From the human T2T-CHM13v2.0 reference genome, Homo sapiens: a stretch of DNA of 64,000 nt. A program made the position numbers and the translations under genes. Shown one piece after another: positions 47,516 to 64,000 of this stretch; the stretch's first letter is position 1; every line of letters starts with the position of its first letter. Under the pieces are notes generated by a model that saw nothing but the letters and a program-made list of their open reading frames with translations, did no database searches and was not told the DNA's origin. The stretch lies in the NCBI RefSeq assembly GCF_009914755.1, contig NC_060930.1; one strand, given 5' to 3'.

Positions 47516-50500
47516 CTTATGTGTTATTCCCCTTTTTACATCATCATGTACTAAAAAGATGGAGTGCCTGAATGGCTTCCAAGAAAAAACGTTGCATATA
47601 TAAATGCGATCAAGATATCCTTTAGATTAAAGATTCCTAATCAGGCTGATAATCAAAATGTTTTGTTGCTCTTTAAAAAGACAAAAAATTCTCTTTTCAT
47701 GAGTGACTCAATTTCAAAAATGTGATATTCGTTGTAAAATTCCCCATTAAAAAAGGAAAAAGAAGCCCTTATATCATTGTAATTATTGTCTGTTTGGGAC
47801 AATCACTAGAACAAATAACACCATAGAACTCTAGTGGCATTTAACTGGATAAAGATGTATTGACTCCCTACCAAGTGCCAGGCATTGCGCCAATTGCTGG
47901 AAAAAATGTGACTTTTCATTAAAAAATATTACGTGGTAATGTAAACACATAAACAGATGAATTAAAGCAGAGCACTTCCTCTGATAATCATAAATGCTGA
48001 AAATTAGAAAAAAAGGAGTGGCCATTTATATTGGAAAGTTGAAGAGCAACTTTTTAGAGAAGATAATCACTAAGTTCTGTCTTTAATGACAAATGGGAAT
48101 CAGCTAGGCCAAGAAAGAGAGATGACTATATTCAAATATGCTTGCCAAGGGAAAGATAAATAAAAAAAAATCCTATGTTAGGAAAAGCAAAAATTCCCCA
48201 TGAACTCAGGGTTAAGTTTAAGTGGGAATAATGATAAATCACGGACCTCCATAAATATAACCATATAAAAGGTAGGCAGAGGTATGCTACCCCACACCCG
48301 TGCTGCTCTTGCTCCCTTTTATCCTGCTACTACCTTTCTATCACTTAGCAAAAAATAACAATAATATAAAAAATAGAAGCAGCATTAAAGCAGAAATATT
48401 TCTGTGTTTTTTTCCCCTCAGTGTGAATAGAAAAGTACTTAACACTTGGGAGGTGATAATTATTTATTTGTTGAGTAAATGACAGGCCAGTTGCTTCCTA
48501 TCTGTAAATTCTGTTATATAGTAGAAAGAATCCAGGACCAGGTATTAGAATATTTTCAAAACCAGGCTTCTTTATTGAACCAGCCTTTTAAATTCTATCA
48601 ATCAGTTTTCTCGTATGTAATTAGAGAAAAGCATGAAGCCCTTGTAGCATCTTAAGATTAACTGTCCTGATGTATGTGAAAGAAATCGTGATACATGTTA
48701 TATAAAACATGGACTTGTGTTTGTGCTAATGATCTGAGTGGCATCATTGTGTTACATAAAAAGAGTGGAAGATTTGGAGTCCTAAAACTGAAATAAAATC
48801 TGTAAAATTTATGTCATTTACTTTATTGTTTACTTTTTGATGCTTTATATTCTCTGTAAAATTGCATTACTTAAATTTACTTTAATATATAAGTTAATTG
48901 TAAACTTCAATGTTTCACATGTGTCCTATTTGCCACGCAGAACTATTATACGAACCAGAACTAAAAAATGTATTAAAAATTGTGTGGTTTGGGGGCTTTC
49001 AAAGGATACGTACTTTGTTGCTGTTGTTGCATGTTTGCTTTTACTTCTGTCTTTCATTTGAAGTGTTTCTCCTGAGGGTATATCAGATCCTGGGCCCACT
49101 ATGTACTTCTACAACTTAATGTTCAATATAATCATAAGAACACCTTCAGGTGGTGCCTGTATACATACTCCATTTTGGATGTTGTCAGAATATGTGTCGT
49201 TCATATCACAATGGAGTCAACTGTGAAAATTAGCAGCGGTTAGGAAGATGGCTCATATGATTGTGTTCCTCCAATTAGTTTGCATGGAAAGCTGTCTTAC
49301 TGCTTTCTGTGTGCTCAGTGAAAGAAGATTACATGATCTAAATGATGTAGGGTGGAAATTGTAAAATCTTAAGCAGAATCTCACTTCTTTAATCTATTTG
49401 TTTGAATTTTGTTGAAAAATATGGCACAGATCCGAAAGGTTAGAAACAGTATGATATTAATGTCAGAGAAACTGTTTTTAAAACTGCTGTGGTGGAAAAA
49501 CAACAACAAAAATAACAACATGGCACTAAGCAGCAAAATGTGTATTTACTGGGCAATAATCATTTTGAGGGCTGTTTTGGAGATATTTCCAAAGGAATGA
49601 ATTGCCTACCTGGAGTGCAATGATATTATACAAGCGATGGTTAAGCTTGCTTATATGTAGTTAGCAACAGCTTGCATTTAGCTATGATAATCTACTTATG
49701 CCAATAATTTTGTTGTGGAATAGTTTTAGTGATATAGTACTTACAATGATGCTTTTAAAATGTCTTTCCACAAAAGAAACCAGAGGGCAGTCTGTAACAA
49801 ATAGATGTTAAGAAGAAAATAAGGCAAATGAGGGATTATGATAAGAACTCAGTATTTTATTAGGAAAAACAGGCTGTGTTCAAGCAAAAAAATAAGAAGT
49901 TTTCATAGTGGATCTGGAGTTATTGGACAGTATGAAGAAGTAAACTTCAAACTCTGCCCTACAGGTGAAAACATGTCTATTGCTTAAATCATATAAAGAT
50001 CATGATCTCATAGAATACATTGTCTTTAATTTTACGTTGAACTTTTTAAGAAAAACTTAAAACACAAGATCTTAGACTAAGAGTAAAACAAAATAAAGTA
50101 GTTAAATCATTAAGTAGTATAGCTGTTGTATATGCTATGGTATAAATCAAGATAAATGTACATTGATTATACTCAACTAATTGTAAAATTCCTAAATAAA
50201 CAAAAACTAAAATGTTGCAAATATTCTGTTTTAACTCATCTCCCCTCCTTTTTTATGAACCAATAATTTTAATTTTAATGTAATTTACTAGTCTACTAAA
50301 GTATGTCCTGTTGGCTTGAATAAATTAATTATTTGTTTAGGAGCAAGCATGTTGTTTCCCTCAGAACTTAAAGTGTATTTATTATAAAGTATACTTGCAC
50401 ATTCTCCCAAATATATATTTAGTATCACAGTTTCTAGTTTTACTACTTCTCTATTTGTATCATTTTACAGAAGAAATTATATAGGGATGATGGTAAATTA

Positions 50501-51750
50501 GGTGATGTATTATGATTGTAATGCAGTTTCTTTTCACATTAAAACTTTCCAAAAGATAGTTCATGTGACTCTTTCTTTGTAGTACATATGAAAAAGTTAA
50601 GGTTTCTTAGTTTCTTGCCATATTTACACTTTATCTCAATCTGAGGCATATAATCATTTTCCTTTAAAAATGATTTGTAATTAAAAGACTTTTTCTTACT
50701 CTTTGGATTGTTCTGAGAGTGTGGCAAATTATACTCATTGTTCCATCAGTCCAAAATTTTTAAAGAAAAGGGTGAAATGGTGTTAGATTTTGGCAAATGT
50801 ATTATTCAGGAAAAGTTACTGAACTGCTTCTAGCTGAGCCAGAATACTCAGTCTTGTTTGAGCTTGTAAAAACAAAAGCATACATGGAGATTTCCCCATT
50901 GTACTCCACAAGCTTGCTGAACCCACACAGAATGTAACACTTGCTCAGAATCATTTCTAATGATTTCCTCCACAGCCAGACCGGAAACCTAAAGCTCTTT
51001 AATATTCTAGCCACATTATTCTCATTTTCTATAATTTAACAACTTCTCATATTATTCTTAATGGAAAAGTCATGCAATATTGAACAGTAACTGCTGTTAA
51101 TTTCCTGCTGTATATCATTTGCATTTTTTGTTTCCGGTAGAGAGTAATTAACATGCTCTAATTATCATGCTGATTGTCTTTTTCAGCTTACAAGAATATA
51201 GTCATATCAACCCTGGTTGATCTTACAATAGTATATTTTATTGTTTTCAATAATAGCATCTTGGGATATATAAGACAAATTTTTACAGAAAAATTGTGTG
51301 ATTCTGCAGCAGCAGGTTTTTTTAAATGATTCAGTTTAGAACAGAATAATGTGAGTTTTATAGTTCCTATCAAAAAACATAGAATCTTATTTCTGTGGCA
51401 GGACAATGCTATCATTTTCTTGTGAAGGTTATTGCAGTTATACTACACTATTATCACAAAAGAAAATGTTTTCCTGTATTCCATTTAAATTGCATATTTG
51501 ATTGCTTCATATTTGTAAAAGTTCATGTTAAAAATGTTGCTGTAAATATACTTGTAAATAATATAAAAATGTTACCTTATAAGTAATTGTAGTATGTCAG
51601 ATTCTTTCTACCCAAAATAACATTTTTCTCAATCTAAAAATATTTACTTTGTAATTTCTAACATTAACTAAAATTTTATAAAATAGTGTGAAGACCAGAA
51701 GAAAACATAAAGAAAGTCACTCTATATTTTAAAAATAATATGTAATTGTT

Positions 51751-52768
51751 GGGTGGAGCCAAGATGGCTGAATAGGAACACCTACCATCTACAGCTCCCA
51801 GCATGAGCAATGCAGAAGATGGGTGATTTCTGCATTCCCAACTGAGATACTGGGTTCATCTCACTGGGGAGTGCTGGACAGTGGGTACAGGATAGTAGGT
51901 GCAGCGCACCCTGTGTGAGCCAAAGCAGGGCGAGGGATTGCCTCACCCCAGAAGTGCAAGGGGTCAGGGAATTCCCTTTCCTAGTCAAAGACGGGGTGAC
52001 AGATGGCACCTGGAAAATTGGGTCACTCCCACCCTAATACTGCGCTTTTCCAATGGGCTTAAACGGCACACCAGGAGATTATATCCCGCACATGGCTTGG
52101 AGGGTCCTACTCCCACAGAGCCTCGCTTGTTGCTAGCACAGCAGTCTGAGATCAAACTGCAAGGCTGCAGTGAGGCTGGGGGAGGGGCGCCCGCCACTGC
52201 TCAGGCTTGAGTAGGTAAACAAAGCGGCCAGGAAGCTCGAACTGGGTGGAGCCCACCACAGCTCAGGAAGGCCTGCCTGCCTCTGTAGGCTCCACCTCTG
52301 GGGGCAGGGTACAGACAAACAAAAGACAGCAATAACCTCTGCAGACTTAAATGTCTCTGTCTGACAGCTTTGAACAGAGTAGTGGTTCTCCCAGCATGCA
52401 GCTTGAGATCTGAGAATGGGCAGACTGCCTCCCCAAGTCGGTCCCTGACTCCCGAGTAGCCTATCTGGGAGGCACCCCCCAGTAGGGGTGGACTGACACC
52501 GTGCATGGCCGGGTACTCCTCTGAGACAAAACTTCCAGAGGAACGAAGAGAAAGCAGCATTTGCAGTTCACCAATATCTGCTGTTCTGCACCCACCACTG
52601 CTGATGCCCAGGCAAACAGGGTTTGGAGTGGACCTCCAGTAAACTCCAACAGACCTGCAGCTGAGGGTCCTCATCATTAGAAGGAAAACTAACAGAAAGG
52701 ACAACTACACCAAAAACCCATCTGTACGTCACCATCATCAAAGACTAAAGGTAGATAAAACCACAAAG
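51751..52768 (+). promoter_or_regulatory. L1 5'UTR internal sense/antisense promoter, CpG-decayed
   Basis: Position and sequence of the primate L1 5'UTR, with YY1 motif caagatggc at 51760. Confidence 0.75.
51985..52197 (-). pseudogene. ORF0: L1 antisense ORF0 (70 codons, open, start ATG changed to GTG)
   Basis: MAGAPPPASLQPCSLISDCCASN matches primate L1 ORF0. Plus strand reads ccgccaCtgc instead of ccgccattgc. Confidence 0.85.
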
Positions 52769-53789
52769 ATGGGGAAAAACAGAGCAGAAAAACCGGAAAC
52801 TCTAAAAATCAGAGCGCCTCTCCTCCTCCAAAGGAATGCAGCTCCTCACTAGCAATGGAACAAAGCTGGATGGAGAATGACTTTGACGAGTTGAGAGAGG
52901 AAGGCTTCAGAAGATCAGACTACTCCGAGCTAAAGGAGGAAGTTCGAACCAATGGCAAAGAAGTTAAAAACTTTGAAAAAAAAAATTAGACCAATGGATA
53001 ACTAGAATAACCAATGCAGAGAAGTCCTTAAAGGACCTGATGGAGCTGAAAACCAAGGCACGAGAACTACGTGACGAATGCACAAGCCTCAGTAACTGAT
53101 GTGATCAACTGGAAGAAAGGGTATCAGTGATGGAAGACAAAATGGATGAAATGAAGTGTGAAGAGAAGTTTAGAGAAAAAAGAATAAAAAGAAACAAACA
53201 AAGCCTCCAAGAAATATGGGACTATGTGAAAAGACCAAATCTACGTCTAATTGGTGTACCTGAAAGTGACGGGGAGAATGGAACCAAGTTGGAAAACACT
53301 CTGCAGGATATTATCCAGGAGAACTTCCCCCATCTAGCAAGGCAGGCCAACATCCAAATTCAGGAAATACAGAGAACGCCACAAAGATACTCCTCGAGAA
53401 GAGCAACTCCAAGACACATAATTGTCAGATTCACCAAAGAAGTTGAAATGAAGGAAAAAATGTTAAGGGCAGCCAGAGAGAAAGGTCGGGTTACCCACAA
53501 AGGGAAGCCCATCAGACTAACAGCAGATCTCTCAGCAGAAACTCTACAAGCCAGAAGAGAGTGGGGGCCAATATTCAACATTCTTAAAGAAAAGAATTTT
53601 CAATCCAGAATTTCATATCCAGCCAAACTAAGCTTCATAAGTGAAGGAGAAATAAAATACTTTACAAACAAGCAAATGCTGAGAGATTTTGTCACCACCA
53701 GGCCTGCCCTAAAAGAGCTCCTGAAGGAAGCACTAAACATGGAAAGGAACAACTGGTACCAGCCACTTCAAAAACATGCCAAATTGTAA
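52769..53789 (+). pseudogene. ORF1: L1 ORF1p, disrupted
   Basis: ATG at 52769, A-run length changes near 52775 and 52976-52985, TGA at ~53097. C-terminal 220-aa frame keeps RIKRNKQSLQEIWDYVKRPNLRLIG and YPAKLS. Confidence 0.92.
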
Positions 53790-53852
53790 AGACCATCAAG
53801 GCTAGGAAGAAACTGCATCAACTAATGAGCAAAATAACCAGCTAAAATCATA

Positions 53853-57666
<3,814 letters not shown>

Positions 57667-58399
57667 ACAATGAGAACATATGGACACAGGAAGGGGAACA
57701 TCACACGCTGGGGACTGTTGTGGGGTGGGTGGAGGGGGAGGGATAGCATTAGGAGATATACCTAATGCTAAATGACGAGTTAATGGGTGCAGCACACCAA
57801 CATGGCACATGTATACATATGTAACAAACCTGCACATTGTGCACATGTACCCTAAAACTTAAAGTATAATAATAAAAAAAATGTGATTGTCTACAATGTC
57901 TAATACATATTTTACGTCCAAATAGACCTTGAGCATTACTAGTTGCCTTATTAAGGACTAATTTGTTGAAGGACAGACAGCAAGACAGAATCATTATTTC
58001 TAGCAGATGCGTCATATCCGGAGTGCTTTTTATCGCACAAAAGTTACTGACAATGGGGAATATAACTCATAACCATATTAAATTCCATTTAATCCCAATC
58101 ATCAATATATTCTGTATCATGAAAAGGGTGATAAATAAAAAATAGAAAGATGGCCTGGACATAAAATCCAGACAGATTATTTCATGTATATTGACAATTG
58201 GAAAGAAGAATAAATTAAAATAGAATATCGCAAAACAATAGAAGAGATTATAAAGAAGGTAATAATCATTCATTACTGCATAAGTAAGTATATTTGTGGT
58301 TGCAACAGCAGAAAAACAAGTCACACTTGCTCAAAAAAAAAAAAAGACAGTAGAGAGAAATGTTAAACTTAACATTCTGAATGACCAAATTTTAATCAT

Positions 58400-58600
58400 A
58401 ACATCTACTCCATGAATTCAGATATATATTACAAGTCTTATAAAACACTCTAGGCCTTATTTTTCTTATGTGTTATATAAAGATAGCAATAATATCTGCA
58501 TCTCAAAGTTGTTTTAAGCATTAAAAATTACTATATCAGATAAAGTACTTAGTGTATTGACTGGCTCAGTGAAGAAACTCAATAAAAAAATAGCTGTTAA
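58400..58600 (+). mobile_element. MIR
   Basis: ctctaggccttatttttcttatgtgt...tctcaaagttgttttaagcattaaa...taaagtacttagtg...actcaataaa. Confidence 0.6.
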
Positions 58601-58619
58601 TAGATGATTGTTAAAAGGA

Positions 58620-59108
58620 GTTTTAGATGAGTATAACTGGCTTTGGGAGTCATTGAATTCTGGGTGCTAGACATATCATGAGAAGCAGATTGGCCCCCAT
58701 CTCTTGACTTAGCTTTGCCCCTCTCCATGTGCTGGGTTTGTTCTTCATGTGCCTATGCAGGACAGGTTGACTGCAGCTTCACAAGTGCTGAGGTTCAAAA
58801 CCAAATTTGCCCTTGATGCTCCCCCGACTCACCCAAAAAATAAAAAAAAATAGCTCTAAGTAAGTCTGGTTGATATGGTCTGAGTCACATGGGCAGCAAT
58901 GAATTAACTTTGACCAAGGATGTAAGTCTATCAACTTGTTTAGAACTAGATTACATGCCCCTTTCCTATTTGTAGAGGTGATGTCCCACCCAAACTGTAT
59001 ACCCTAAGGTTGAATGGGGTTTTAATCCTCAAAAGAAAACTGTAATCCCTTTTCAGAAGTATGGCAAATAGGTGCTAGAGACCAAAGCAATAAAGCAAGC
59101 ATGCCAGC
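58620..59108 (-). mobile_element. Old MaLR LTR (MLT1K/L-like)
   Basis: ggtctgagtcacatgggc...tgaccaagga...attacatgcccc...caaaagaaaactg...aataggtgctaga resembles antisense old MLT1. Confidence 0.45.
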
Positions 59109-59909
59109 AGACAAAATGCAAAGAATAAGAATTATTTGATATAAATATTGTTAAAATAGTTTAGCTTTGGTGTAACCTAAAAGAAAACCAAACAATGACT
59201 TAATGTGTGAGCTTAAGTAAACCACCTAAACTTTCGAAATCTCAGTCCCTCATTAGCAAGAAAAAAAGCAATGACTTATTCTCATGGTTATTGCATCATA
59301 GCAGAAATGATCATCTATAAAATGCTTAGCTTAATTTGAAAAAGAGTATTATATGGCAGGTAAATGTCATATTAAAATTTAATAGTTACAAAAGATAATG
59401 AAATAGATATTTAAAGAAACTTCAAAATTTAATAATTAGGAACTGGTTAAATAAATTATTTTATTTATATAATATAAAAGGAGACCGTAATTAAAATGGT
59501 TTGGAAATGAATAAATTTATAGACATAATTGTTATATAGTTAAAGGAAAATATAAAATATATAGTGTGATTAGTGTAATTTTTTGAAAACCTAAAATAAT
59601 TGTAAATATTTAAAGGAAGATAAATATGAAAAAAAGATATTTTTAAAGTCTGTAAGGGCAACCTCAAGCAAAAAAGAGCCCTTTGGAAGCAACTGGAAAG
59701 AAGCAAGTTGGTTCTTTCTCTTCCAGTCTTCTCATTTTTTTCAATCATCCCCATAGGCAGAGATTAATGTAGAACTGGTTGGCAAAGCAGAAATATGGTT
59801 TATACATTCTAATAAGCAACCCCACAAATAAATTTTTAGGAAGATAATATGTAGCTGAAACACAACTTAATAACTGGCACAGGTAATTAAACTAACATTA
59901 ACTTGTTAA

Positions 59910-60560
59910 CGATGAAACCAAAGTAGAAACAATGGAAGCTAGAATACAAAGAAATGGTATATCTTAAAGTGCTAGAAAAAAATAACCATTGAACCGGAAT
60001 TTTATCACTGCTAGTATCCATTGAGAAATAAAGCGAAATAATCTGTGGACACACAGAGAGTGTTAGAAAATATTACAAGATTGCCAATACTAAGAACAAA
60101 GATGGGGGTGAGTGCTCATTAGGCAAATGAAAAATTATTCCAGATGGAAGATGAGAAATTAAGGAATGAATGCAGAACAATATACATATAAATATGTGGG
60201 TCTAAGAAAAATTAATAATGACTAAAAACAGTGATGATGATGTACTGATGGTTTTAAACATATTTATACTTGGAAAACATGGCAACCCTAATAGTTGATA
60301 ATATCAAATACTAGAAGACAATCAGGAAATGTGTATTCATATGCACTGCTGTATGGTAGTGGAAAATAGTTCAACTATTTTATAGAGCAGTTTTAATCAT
60401 ATATTATATTATTTTAACATTGAAAAATTTAACTTGACATTTTCACTTCTGGGTATTTAATGTTGGGGACTATGAGTAGATGTACACAAAAAAGAATGGG
60501 AATATATATGAGGAATTCAAATAAAATATTTCTGTATAATAGACAAAAATAGAATAATAC
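59910..60560 (+). mobile_element. Old L1M fragments (ORF1-like and 3' parts)
   Basis: aaacaatggaagctagaatacaaagaaatggtatatcttaaagtgctagaaaaaaataacc...ggaattttat resembles the L1 ORF1 C-terminal coding region. Confidence 0.5.
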
Positions 60561-62133
60561 AACAGGTAAGATTTTTTTCAATTTATTTAGCAGTAACTAA
60601 ATAAAAATAAGACAGAAAACTGATATTTATTTTATTGTAAATATCTAAATTGAGAATCAACATTGGGAAACTGTGAATTTCCCCTACAAGGTCCTTCAGG
60701 AACAGAGATTTATTCCCTATGTTTCTCTGCCCTTCCCTGAGATATCTCCTCACCCTAAGTCCTAAGCTTCACCAACACCACAACTGTGTTCCTGCCTACA
60801 AGTAAAGTCTGAGTGTGTGTGTTCGGGGTGTTTTGGGGAGAGAATCAAGAAGGGCAAGTAGCTTCCTTTTAAAGATATCACCTGGAAATTGAACCTAATA
60901 CTTTTACTTATATCCTTTCATGTATAACTGAATCACCTGGACACTCTTAGCTAAAAAATAATATTGAAAAGTTTACACAAACATTTAAGGTTGAACATAA
61001 CTCCAAGTACTTCATTCTGAGTTGCCTCTTGGATGTATCCTTGCAAATTGATGGCAGTAGTTGGGAAAGGAGTGGTTGAAATTTTGAACAGAACAATAGA
61101 AACCAAGAGTAATTCTGATTTAGGATTTTTTTCTGTGAAAAACTCAAAACACTCTGAACAATTTAAGATTACACATTCAATTTGTAATTCAATTACACAT
61201 TCTGTTTGAGAATCTTCTTGGGCTAAACCTGAAACATCAGTCTCAATTTATAATCATATTTTTCTCATGATAAAGTTTTCAAATTATGATATCTGTGAGA
61301 TTTGATATAAATAGTTATGTTACTCATATAGAAATCTCTTCCCCATTACACACATACAAACATTTATCTATGAGTGGCTTATAATTGCAAATAAGATGTA
61401 AATCATGCTCATGATCATTGTCAAAATTGTGAAAGATTTTTTTCTATACCTCTTTTAGGTTTGTTTTGTTTTTGTTTTTGATTTCCAGGTGGCATTAAAG
61501 ACAAGAGGGAATAATATTCATTCTTACTTCTACTCCCAAGTCACTAGTTTGCTGAATTTAATTGAGTTAAAGAATTGTATCAGTCTTCTTGGAAGTCTAA
61601 TACAAAACCAGTTCAACACTAGTTATTCATTCTTTGCTAATTCACCAGAATTGAAGGATGGATAAAATGAGAAAGAGAAGTAGTTCTTCATATTATTAAA
61701 ATAAAGAGTTAAATTAGACACTTTGTTGGACTCTTTGGTCTTAATAATTCCTACTCTTTTTGAGGTCCAAAAGTTTTGTCTTTGATAAATATAATTTTAA
61801 TGGTATCTCTAGTGAGAAACTATGTAACTTCTTCATGTATCAAACTGTGAATAGTGATAGGTCTGTGAATATAAAGCACAGTGGCAGAATTCCTGCTGAG
61901 ATATGGACATTGTTACTTGGGTAAACCATTCTACTATGAAACAAGGGCAGCAAACATGTTAGAATCTCTTCAAGGCTTATTTTTGGGCATATGGGTTGTA
62001 TAATCATATAAGTCCTATAGTTTTTAAATTATACTGTTTGATAGAAAGTAATAAATGAATTTATTTTCTGATAATTTAGCATTTCTGTTAAAAGCAAGAG
62101 ATGATTAATCTCCAGAATTTAGAAAAATACATC

Positions 62134-62189
62134 TGATATCATCTGGATGTTTGTCCCCTCCAAATATCGTGTTGAAATGTGAATCCCAG
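62134..62189 (+). mobile_element. 5' stub of an MST LTR, cut by an L1 insertion
   Basis: tgatatcatctggatgtttgtcccctccaaatatcgtgttgaaatgtgaatccca matches the MSTA/B start. Confidence 0.7.
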
Positions 62190-64000
62190 GGAGGGGTGGA
62201 GCAAGACAACTAGAGACTAGCCTCTGCCAATCATTCCACCCTCTCCCCCTCAACCCGCCCACCGACAGGAACAAAAAAACTTTGAATAAATAACCTAGTG
62301 TTGCATCTTAAAGAACTAAAAAATCAAGAGCAAACCAAACCCTAAATTAGTAGAAGAAAATACACAATAAAGATCAGAGCAAAAATAAATGTAATTGAAA
62401 CAGAACAATACAACAGATCACGAAACAAAAAAGTTTTTTTGAAAAGATAAACAAAAACAAACCTTTAGCCCAACTGAGAAAAAAACAAGAGAAGACCCAA
62501 ATAAATAAATTTAGATATGAAAAAGAGTCATTACAATTAACATCATAGAAATTCAAAGGATCATTAGTGGCTACCGTGAGCAACCATAAGCCAATAAAAT
62601 GGAAAATCTGTAAGAAATAGATGATAAATTGCTAGACACATATAACCTATCAATATTGAATCATAAAGAAATCCAAAACCTGAACAGACTAATAATAACT
62701 AACAAGATGGAAGGTGTAGTCAAAATTCTCCCTGTTAAAAAAAATGCCGAGAACCCATTGGCTTCACTGCTGAATTCTAACAAACATTTAAAGCAGTAAT
62801 GCCAATACTATTCAAATTATTCCAAAATATAGAGGAGAAGGGAATATTTCTACACTCATGTTAATAGGCCAGTATTACCATGATCCCCAAATCAGACAAA
62901 AACACATAAAAATAAAAAAACTACAGGCCAATATTTCTGATGAACATTCATATGACAATTGTAACAATTCTCAACAAATTGCTAGAAAACTGAATTCACA
63001 ACACATTAAGAAATTCATTCATTATGACCAAGTAGGATTTATTCCAAGGATGTAAGGATGGTTCAGCATACACAAATCAATAAACATGAGACATCATATC
63101 AACGGAATTAAGAACAAAATGATATACTCATTTCCATTGATGCTGAAAAACATTTGATAAAGTTTAACATTATTTCATGATAAGAACTCTCAAAAAACTG
63201 GGTATACAAACAACATACTTAAACCCAATAAAAATCATATATGACAAACCCATAGGTAGCATCATACCAAATGGGTAAAAATTAAAATTATTTTTGCTTA
63301 AATCTAGAAAATGACAAGATGTCCACTTTCACCACTGTTATTTCACATGCTACTGGAAGTCCTCACTAGAGCTATTAGACAAGAGAAAGTAACCAAGGAC
63401 ACCCAAATTGGAAAGGAAGAAGTCAAATTATCCTTATTTGCAGATGGAAAAACCTAAAGACTCCACCCAGAAAACCATTAGAACTGATAAATTCAGTAAA
63501 GTTGCACCATACTAAATCAACATACAAAAACTAGTAACATTTCTGTATGACAACAATGAACAATCTGAAAAAAATCAAGGAAGTAATCTTATTTACAGTA
63601 GCTACAAATAAAGTAAAATATCTGAGAATTAACTCAACCAAAGAACTGAAAGATATCTACAATGAAAACTGCAAAATACTGATGAAAGAAATTGAAGAGA
63701 CCCCTGAAATGGAAAGCTATTTCATGTTCATGGATTGGAAGCATCAATATTTTTAAAATGTCTATCCAAAGCAGTCTACAGATTCAATGCAATCCTTAAA
63801 AAAATACCAATAACATTCTTCACAGAAATAGAAAAAGCCATCCTAAAATGTATATGGAACCACAAAAGACCCAGAGTAGTTAAAGCTATCTTGATCAAAA
63901 ATAACAAAACTGGAGGAATCACATTACCTGACTTCAAATAATAATACAGAGCTATAGTTAGCAAAACAACAAGTTACTGGCCTAAAAACAGACACATACA
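62190..64000 (+). mobile_element. L1MA (MA1-3 type): short 5' stub fused to ORF2; continues past window end
   Basis: ggaggggtggagcaaga 5' start, then ORF2 from ~62275 (catcttaaagaacta...caagagcaaaccaaaccc). ORFs include IKKFIHYDQVGFIP and KAVYRFNAI. Confidence 0.85.

Noticed and set aside
57720-57745. G-quadruplex-like G-run cluster
   Set aside because: A standard feature of the L1PA 3'UTR, not locus-specific.

Overview
Human (primate) AT-rich, CpG-poor intergenic or deep-intronic DNA. I found no host protein-coding exon, RNA gene or CpG-island promoter. Human origin is inferred from diagnostic AluYa5, AluYb8 and AluYc1 copies. Most of the window is transposable-element sequence: a decayed ERVL-class pol remnant with an LTR16-like LTR (0-5.3 kb); a 5'-inverted L1MA (7.1-9.3 kb); a ~20 kb nest on an old minus-strand L1MB scaffold (9.8-29.5 kb) holding an L1MC, a full-length L1MA, a complete THE1B provirus, MaLR solo LTRs and about 14 Alus; an L1PA15/16-type element with a ~2 kb in-frame internal deletion (41.6-45.7 kb); a full-length but dead L1PA3/4 (51.75-57.88 kb); and an L1MA running off the right edge. 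Every sizeable ORF in the track is an L1, Alu, THE1 or ERVL frame or low-complexity noise. I do not see a new gene system. The structure not explained by repeat families is: two ancient ~80%-identical local duplications, a 20-bp templated copy next to an AT-rich palindrome, a second AT-rich inverted repeat, and a candidate RFX/E-box cluster. Subfamily names come from recalled consensus sequences and need RepeatMasker/Dfam confirmation; boundaries of old elements are approximate.
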